The notes below the pieces were generated by a model. That model was not told the origin of the DNA. It did not search any database and saw nothing but the letters and a program-made list of their open reading frames with translations. Made by a program: the position numbers and the translations under genes. A stretch of DNA of 64,000 bases from Octopus vulgaris (Eukaryota), in NCBI GenBank assembly GCA_951406725.2, contig OX597816.1, forward strand, positions 65,348,001 through 65,412,000, written 5' to 3'. How positions within the stretch are numbered: position 1 is the first letter of the stretch; the number at the start of each line of letters is the position of its first letter. Positions 57,226 through 64,000 of the stretch are shown here, piece by piece.

Positions 57226-57892
57226 CGATTTCAAATTTTGGCAGTAATTTCAGGAGATATAAAGTCGATTATATTGATCCCAGTGTTCAAATGGTGCTTA
57301 TTTCATCAACCCCGAAAGGGTGAACGGTAAAGTCAACCTCGGCGGAATTTGAACTCGGAACGTAAAGGCGGACGAAATACCTCTAAGTATTTTGCCCAGT
57401 ATGCTAACGATTCTGCCAGCTCACGGCCTTTTAATGAACTTTAATATCATTATAATCATCATCATCATTTGAGGCGGCGAGCTGGCAGAATCGTTAGGAC
57501 GCCAGGCGAAATGCGTAGCCGTATTTCGTCTGCCGTTACGTCCTGAGTTCAAATTCCGCCGAGGTCGACTTTGCTTTTCATTCTTTCGGGGTCGATTAAA
57601 TAAGTACCAGTTACGCACTGGGGTCGATATAATCGACTTAATCCCTTGTTTGTCCCCTCTATGTTTAGCCCCTTCTGGGCAATAAAGAAATAAGAATCGT
57701 TAGTACGTCGGGTAAAATTCTTAGCGGCATTTCGTCTGTCTTCATGTTCCGAGTTCAAATACCGCCGAGGTCGACTTTGCCTTTCATCTTTTCGAGATCG
57801 ATAAAATAAGTACCAGTTGAACATTGGGGATCAATTTAATCGACATATCCTCTTCCCCAAAACTGCTGGCCTGGCACCAAAATTTGAAATCA
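57226..57892. mobile_element. Head-to-head SINE-A copies: 57226-57425 (-) and dimer 57472-57892 (+)
   Basis: Family match on both strands. Confidence 0.85.
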
Positions 57893-57982
57893 ATAGCATC
57901 ATTATTTGATTTATCACTGATAATCTTAGTACTATTAACGTTACGATTATCATCAATCAGATTATTATTATCATTATTACAC

Positions 57983-58194
57983 TTTTACTTGTTTCAGTCA
58001 TTTGATTGCAGCCATGCTGGAACACCGCCTTTATTCGAGCAAATCGACCCCAGGACTTATTCTTTGTAAGCCTAGTACTTATTCTATCGGTCTTTTTTGC
58101 CGAACCGCTAGGTTACGGGGACGTAAACACACCAGCATTGGTCATCAAGCGATGTTGGGGGGACAAACACAGACACACAAACGTATACACACAT

Positions 58195-58225
<31 letters not shown>

Positions 58226-58794
58226 CATATATACTACGGGCTTCCTTCAATTTCCGTCTACCAAATCCACTCACAAGGCTTTGGTCGGCCCGAGGCTACA
58301 GTAGAAGACACTTGCCCAAGGTGCCAAGCAGTGGGAATGAACCCGAACCATGTGGTTGGGAAGCAAGCTACTTAGCACACAGCCACTCCTGCGTCTATAG
58401 ATATAAAAATTATAAATTTTGTATCTGAATCTAGTTGCCAATTATATATTCTATTGTGGCGAATGTTTATCAGACTGACCTAGTATTATGTTTAATTTGA
58501 AGAGCTGGGAGCTAATAAATAGATTATGATTCAGCAAAAATAAACATTCAGAAATGTAGCTGTTTAATGACTATATCATATACTCTTTTACTCTTTGACT
58601 TGTTTCAGTCATTTGACTGAGGCCATGCTGGAGCACCGCCTTTAGTTGAGCAAGTCGACCCCAGGACTTATTCTTGGTAAGCCTAGCACTTATTCTACCG
58701 GTTCTCTTTTGCCGAACTGCTAGATTACGAGGACGTAAACACACCACCATCGGTTGTCAAGTGATGTTGGGGGCACAAGCACAGACACAGAAAT

Positions 58795-58851
<57 letters not shown>

Positions 58852-58975
58852 CACGACAGGCTACTTTCAGTTTCCGCCTACCAAATCCACTCACAAGGCA
58901 TTAATCGGCCCGAGGCTATAGTAGAAGACACTTGCCCAAGGTGCCACGCAGTGGGAATGAACCCGGAACCATGTG
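57983..58975 (-). mobile_element. Two SINE-B copies (57983-58396 and 58582-58975)
   Basis: Family match. Confidence 0.88.
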
Positions 58976-59100
58976 GGAATTTATATTAACAGAGATCGCT
59001 TTTCTGTCACACACATAAATGTCATGTGTATATGCGCGTGTGTGTATGTATATATATATATATGTATGTGTATGTGTATTACATACATATGTGCATACAT

Positions 59101-59415
59101 AAACGGCACTCCGTCTGTTATGTCGACGCGAGTTCCAGTTGATCCGCTTAATGGAACAGCCTGCTCGTGAAATTAACGTGCAAATGGCCAAGTACTCCAC
59201 AGGCACGTTGTTCTCAGTAAGATTCAACGTGACACAAAATGTGACAAGGCTGGCCCTTTGAAATACAGGTTCTACTCATTTCTACCAGCTGATTTGCACT
59301 GGGGCAACGTGAAATAAAGTGTCTTGTTGAAGGACACAACGCGCTGCCGGGAATCGAACTCATGATCTTTGGATCGTGAGGCGAATACCCTAATCACTAA
59401 GCCACGGACCTTCAC
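59101..59415 (-). mobile_element. SINE-E (tRNA-derived), tail type 1
   Basis: Minus-strand head GTGGCTTAGTGATTAGGG..GAGTTCGATTCCC; TGTGTCCTT..CAAGACACTT. Confidence 0.8.
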
Positions 59416-59469
59416 ACATAGATACATATATACATGCATAATTTTGCTTGTTTTAACTTAGATAAGTCA

Positions 59470-59614
59470 TTATTTACATTATTTACATTCGCCGGATATT
59501 TGTCCTCATCTTGTTTGTTGTTAATACGTTTCGGCTGATATACCCTCCAGCCTTCATCAGGTGTCTTGGGGAAATTTCGAACCTGGGTTCTCATTCCTAA
59601 CGTATTTTTCCATC

Positions 59615-59648
<34 letters not shown>

Positions 59649-59656
59649 CATCTTTA

Positions 59657-59747
<91 letters not shown>

Positions 59748-59985
59748 CAGCTCACTGCTCGGAATCAAACTCGGAATCTTGGGGTTAGTAGCCCGCGCTC
59801 GTAACCACTACGCCATATGCCCTCGGGCATATGGCGTAGTGGTTCGAAATTTCCCCTAAGACACCTGAAGAAGGCTGGAGGGTATATCAGCCGAAACGTT
59901 GTGTTAACAACAAACAAGGACAAATATCCGTCGAATGTAAATAATGTACATAATTCCTCATCTCTAAAATATAGAACTGTATTAG
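59470..59985. mobile_element. Inverted SINE-C pair joined by a perfect hairpin
   Basis: Full copy 59470-59822 (-), deleted copy 59825-59985 (+); 20-bp arms at 59803-59844; hammerheads at 59523-59565 (-) and 59860-59905 (+). Confidence 0.88.
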
Positions 59986-60649
59986 ATAAGTCATGTTCTC
60001 ACGCAAAGCACGAATATCGCCCAATCTCATATCGTCACTCTCGTATATAGACGTAAAGGCTATTTTCCTTATAATAATCCAATACTGACTTGTTCAAAGT
60101 GCATCACTACATTCTACAACACGCACACTTAACATAATTACATACAGGGGTCTGGCAAATTATATTCTGTAACTTATGAATAAAACAGGAAATGGCATCT
60201 CATTGTTATTCAATGTTACATGTATCATTTTTATCTTTTTTTTTCTCTTCCTTTTGGATTCCGTGCGAATCCAAACAAAGTAGTGTTAATTCATGCCACT
60301 TGAAGGATTCCAGACAAATAATTGTAATTAGCACTGACGTCAAATACCATTTCACAGCCAATTACATTAGGCTATTAGTTTCAGTTTCGTCTTTTAATCG
60401 AAAAGAGAGAAAAATATGTCTTATTATGAATAAAGAGGCTGTATACGAAAATAAGAGTATGTTCACACTCACCTCGGATGAATTCCATCGTTAGCAAAAC
60501 AAGTAGTGTATAACTGAAAAATATTTCATACTAATAGAAAAATAATCTCTGGCGTTCATTTTCCCGTATGTGAGTCAAACACAAGATCATATTCACAGAT
60601 GCATTTGTAGGCACACCATCAAACAACATGCAAAATATAGTCTTATGAT

Positions 60650-61075
60650 GGTTTCAAATTTTGGCACGAAGCCAGCGGTTTTAAGATGGTGGTAAGGTGA
60701 TTATATCGAAGCTGCTGTACAACAGGTATTTATTTTATCGACTCCAAAAAGATGAAAGTTAAAGTCAATCTCGGCGGAATTTGAACCCTGAACGTTAAGT
60801 AAGAAGAAATGTCGGTAAGCATTTTGCGCGGCACCCTAAAGATTCTACCAGTTCACTACCTATTTATTTCCTACCCACAGAGAGGACAAACAAGGACAGA
60901 CAAAGGGATTAAGTCGATTACATCGACCCCAGTGCGTAAATGGTACTTATTTAATCGACGCCGAAAGGATGAAAGGCAAAGTGAACCTCGGTGGAATTTG
61001 AACTCAGAACGTAGCGGCAGACGAAATACCGCAAAGCATTTCGCCCGGCGTGCTAACGTTTCTGCCAGCTCATTA
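60650..61075 (-). mobile_element. SINE-A composite (young + old unit)
   Basis: Family match. Confidence 0.82.
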
Positions 61076-61133
61076 CCTTCTACACTTATATAAATGTTTA
61101 TTCGTGTGTGTCGGTATACATATTGTGCGTGTA

Positions 61134-61167
<34 letters not shown>

Positions 61168-61328
61168 AGAGAATGAAGCAACAAGAATATATATATATAT
61201 CCATATATATACATTACTGTATTGTTAAATCAGTATAGTTTTTTTGGTGCATCTAAGTTAGGTACCATATTCATAAATTCATTTAAATTAACTTAATCTT
61301 TATTGCTTTTTGAATATATATATATATA

Positions 61329-61535
61329 GTTAATCCAAACATGAACAAAGGGAAAACAGAACAACGCGAAGACGTGGAACAAGTATAGTGTTATTGGACG
61401 CTCAAGAAAGGAAAGAAAGAAAGAGGATTTAACGTTTGGAGCGGAGCTCTTCGTCAGAAATATAGAAAAAAGGAAAAGTCCAAGGAAGGGAAGACGGAGA
61501 AATAAAATCGCCAGCGATACGCACGCGGTCACATA
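61329..61535 (-). mobile_element. Family D element
   Basis: Homologous to 37569-37776; hammerhead 61427-61461 with GAAA mutated to CAAA. Confidence 0.8.
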
Positions 61536-61604
61536 TACATACATACATACATACATACATACATACATACATACACACATAGACAGACAGACAGACAGAC
61601 AGAC

Positions 61605-61683
<79 letters not shown>

Positions 61684-61684
61684 C

Positions 61685-61764
<80 letters not shown>
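61536..61764. repeat. (ACAT)n(AGAC)n(AGAT)n compound microsatellite
   Basis: Direct read. Confidence 0.96.
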
Positions 61765-62844
61765 GGCGGTCAGTTTCCGTCGACCAAATTCACTCAGAAG
61801 ATATTGGTTGGTTCGGAGCTGTAGTAGAAGACACTTGCTCTAAGGTGCCATGCAATGGGACTGAACTTGAAACCACGTGGTGGCAAAGCGAGTTTCTTAA
61901 TCACAGACCAACCTTTCTGACTTGCTGTTCATACATATGAACACGCACAAATACACGCGTATCTACGTTTATCTACTCACATATTGTCTTTCCATTACTG
62001 AAAATCGCTTCCAATGTTAAAACTGATCAAGTTAGAAAAGACATGACAAGAAAGCATGTCGCTCCGTCACAGGACCAGAAAATTATGATAACTCAGCGTT
62101 TGAAATAAGATAAAAATCGGCCGGCTTCATGCGTTCATGCGTGTATATAACATAAATTCTTCAACGACTTATGACATTACGAAACGTAAGGACCGGTTAA
62201 TGCAATTTATTGCTGATTCAGAGACAAGTAGATGTAACCATGTGCAACAAACATTAAGAAAATCAAAATTGACAGAATTATGCACAGTGTTATTTAAGTA
62301 GTTTAGTGCCAAGTGATCCGAGCGTATGTCGATTCCAGGGCCAATGGTCATTCAAAAAGGCCAAGGAGTTTCACGAAATATGATAATCACGAAGGTTTGC
62401 AATATTTTCGGCTGGGTGGTTTAAAGACATGACAGTCGTAAACGTAATTTATCTGGCGTAAAAACTCGACAGACATTGAAACTTGGGAAAATACAATTTC
62501 ATATTTGATGACCTGGGTACAATATATGATTTAACTCATTTACAAATTTATAATGTGAATGAAACAGTGATTTGTACAAGTGTTTATCCTGCGTAATTAA
62601 GAATACAGTATTACAGCCACTGCGGATTTATGCTAACAATATGAAGCATTTTATTGAAAAATACAAGAAGACTATGGTATTTGTGGGAGAGCTATATTTA
62701 CAACTGTAGTGTCCATCCACCAGCATCACAAATGTTTTGTGGAAATATTTCTACCACGTATCCATCTTCCAGTGTAACACCATCGATAAAATCCATGCAT
62801 GAGAGGGTTGATTAAAAAACAGAAATTGCTCTAGAGAGTCATGA

Positions 62845-63105
62845 TAAAAAAGTAAGTGCGCCCTTTTAAAACCTAGCCAGGCTCATGGGCCCGGTTTTCC
62901 GGTTTCAATGGCACATGTGTTCCCCAGCTGGACGGGACGCCAGTCCATCGCAGCGTTACTCAGTTTTGCCAGCTGAGTGGACTGGAGCAACGTGAAATGG
63001 AGTGTTTTGCTCAAGAATACAACGCGTCGCCTGGTCCAGGAATCGAAACCACAATCTTACGATCATGATGCTGATACCCTAACCACTAAGCCACGCGCTT
63101 CCACA
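62845..63105 (-). mobile_element. SINE-E, tail type 2
   Basis: Same head and core as 59101-59415 (GTGGCTTAGTGGTTAGGG..GGTTTCGATTCC); different 3' part containing CTGCGATGGACTGGCGTCCCGTCCAG. Confidence 0.8.
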
Positions 63106-63441
63106 ACGGGTCATATTCGTGAGAAATTAGTGAATTCTAATACTACAATTGAATTTTGCAAGTCGGTTATTAAATGCGCTATTTTTATTGTTGCAACGGC
63201 ATAGAAAGAAGTCAAGAATGTTATGTTAAGAAATTCTGGGAGAAAGATCTTGCCCGATAGCAATACGAAAAATGTCTTTAATTAAAGAGAGGATAGAGAT
63301 TCCTTCACTTATAATTAGCTAGGTTTTTGAACACGATCGTAGGCATTCTGTTCGCTGTACGCTTAGTTTATTTATCGCGCGCGCTCGTTGCATTCTTGCG
63401 AGCTCCATCTCTTCAAATATGTTTGATACATACATAGTTAA

Positions 63442-63477
<36 letters not shown>

Positions 63478-63761
63478 TCCTTCATTTTGTAATGAAAAAT
63501 AAAACAATTATAAAAGCATTTAGATAATTCGCATCATGGCTCTCTAAGAACTTATTTCTATCTTTTAGACTCTCACCACATCTGACTTTTAAATAAAGAA
63601 GAATGACAACTACCTCTAATGCTTTTAACTAATATATAAGAACACAGTAAGGTAGTAACTATCTACTGATAACTGATTCCAAGCTCTAGATATTTATAGT
63701 GTTTAATCTCAATGCAAATATTTCAGATACCTATAGTAACATAAGGCCATGTATTTGTAAA

Positions 63762-64000
63762 TCTCTCTATATATAAAGCTGAAGTTGTCTGTGTATGGCA
63801 GATTTGGTGGCCTTCAACTAACACTATCTCCTCCACGACCCTGCGGCGCAAGTTGACTAAAATTGATAGTATGATAGAAGAAGGCTTGCTCTTCCTTCCG
63901 TAGAAGAAACAATTCAAATCGGACCATGTTAACACCAAAAATTATTTACATCAAAAAGGTGCTTCTTTTCTATGAAAATCCCTATTTTTTACGATTTTTT
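63762..64000 (+). mobile_element. Helitron-like element 5' part (runs off window)
   Basis: A^TCTCTCTATATATAAAG start, as at 26777. Confidence 0.65.

Overview
AT-rich eukaryotic repeat landscape with no host protein-coding gene, rRNA, true tRNA or CRISPR that I can support. Nearly all listed ORFs are translated microsatellites or SINE sequence. The SINE families and extreme microsatellite density suggest an octopus/cephalopod genome (inference). Content: at least 4 tRNA-derived SINE families (working labels SINE-A, -B, -C, -E); decayed non-LTR retrotransposons (HERO-like, two CR1-like, RTE, and a young R4/Dong-like fragment in a (TAA)n array); five Tc1/mariner remnants; four non-autonomous Helitron-like elements; and several Penelope-like (PLE) remnants. 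The most striking signal is about 14 minimal type-I hammerhead ribozyme motifs from about 7 unrelated repeat families. They often lie in inverted (fold-back) pairs beside (TA)n tracts, and include rare core variants (CCGACGA, and a compensatory G3-C8 GUGAACA). One family (SINE-C) fuses a Pol III tRNA-like head and an (AAT)n spacer to a hammerhead-bearing tail, making it a candidate Penelope-mobilised, ribozyme-carrying SINE. All structures and coordinates were read by eye, so boundaries are approximate.
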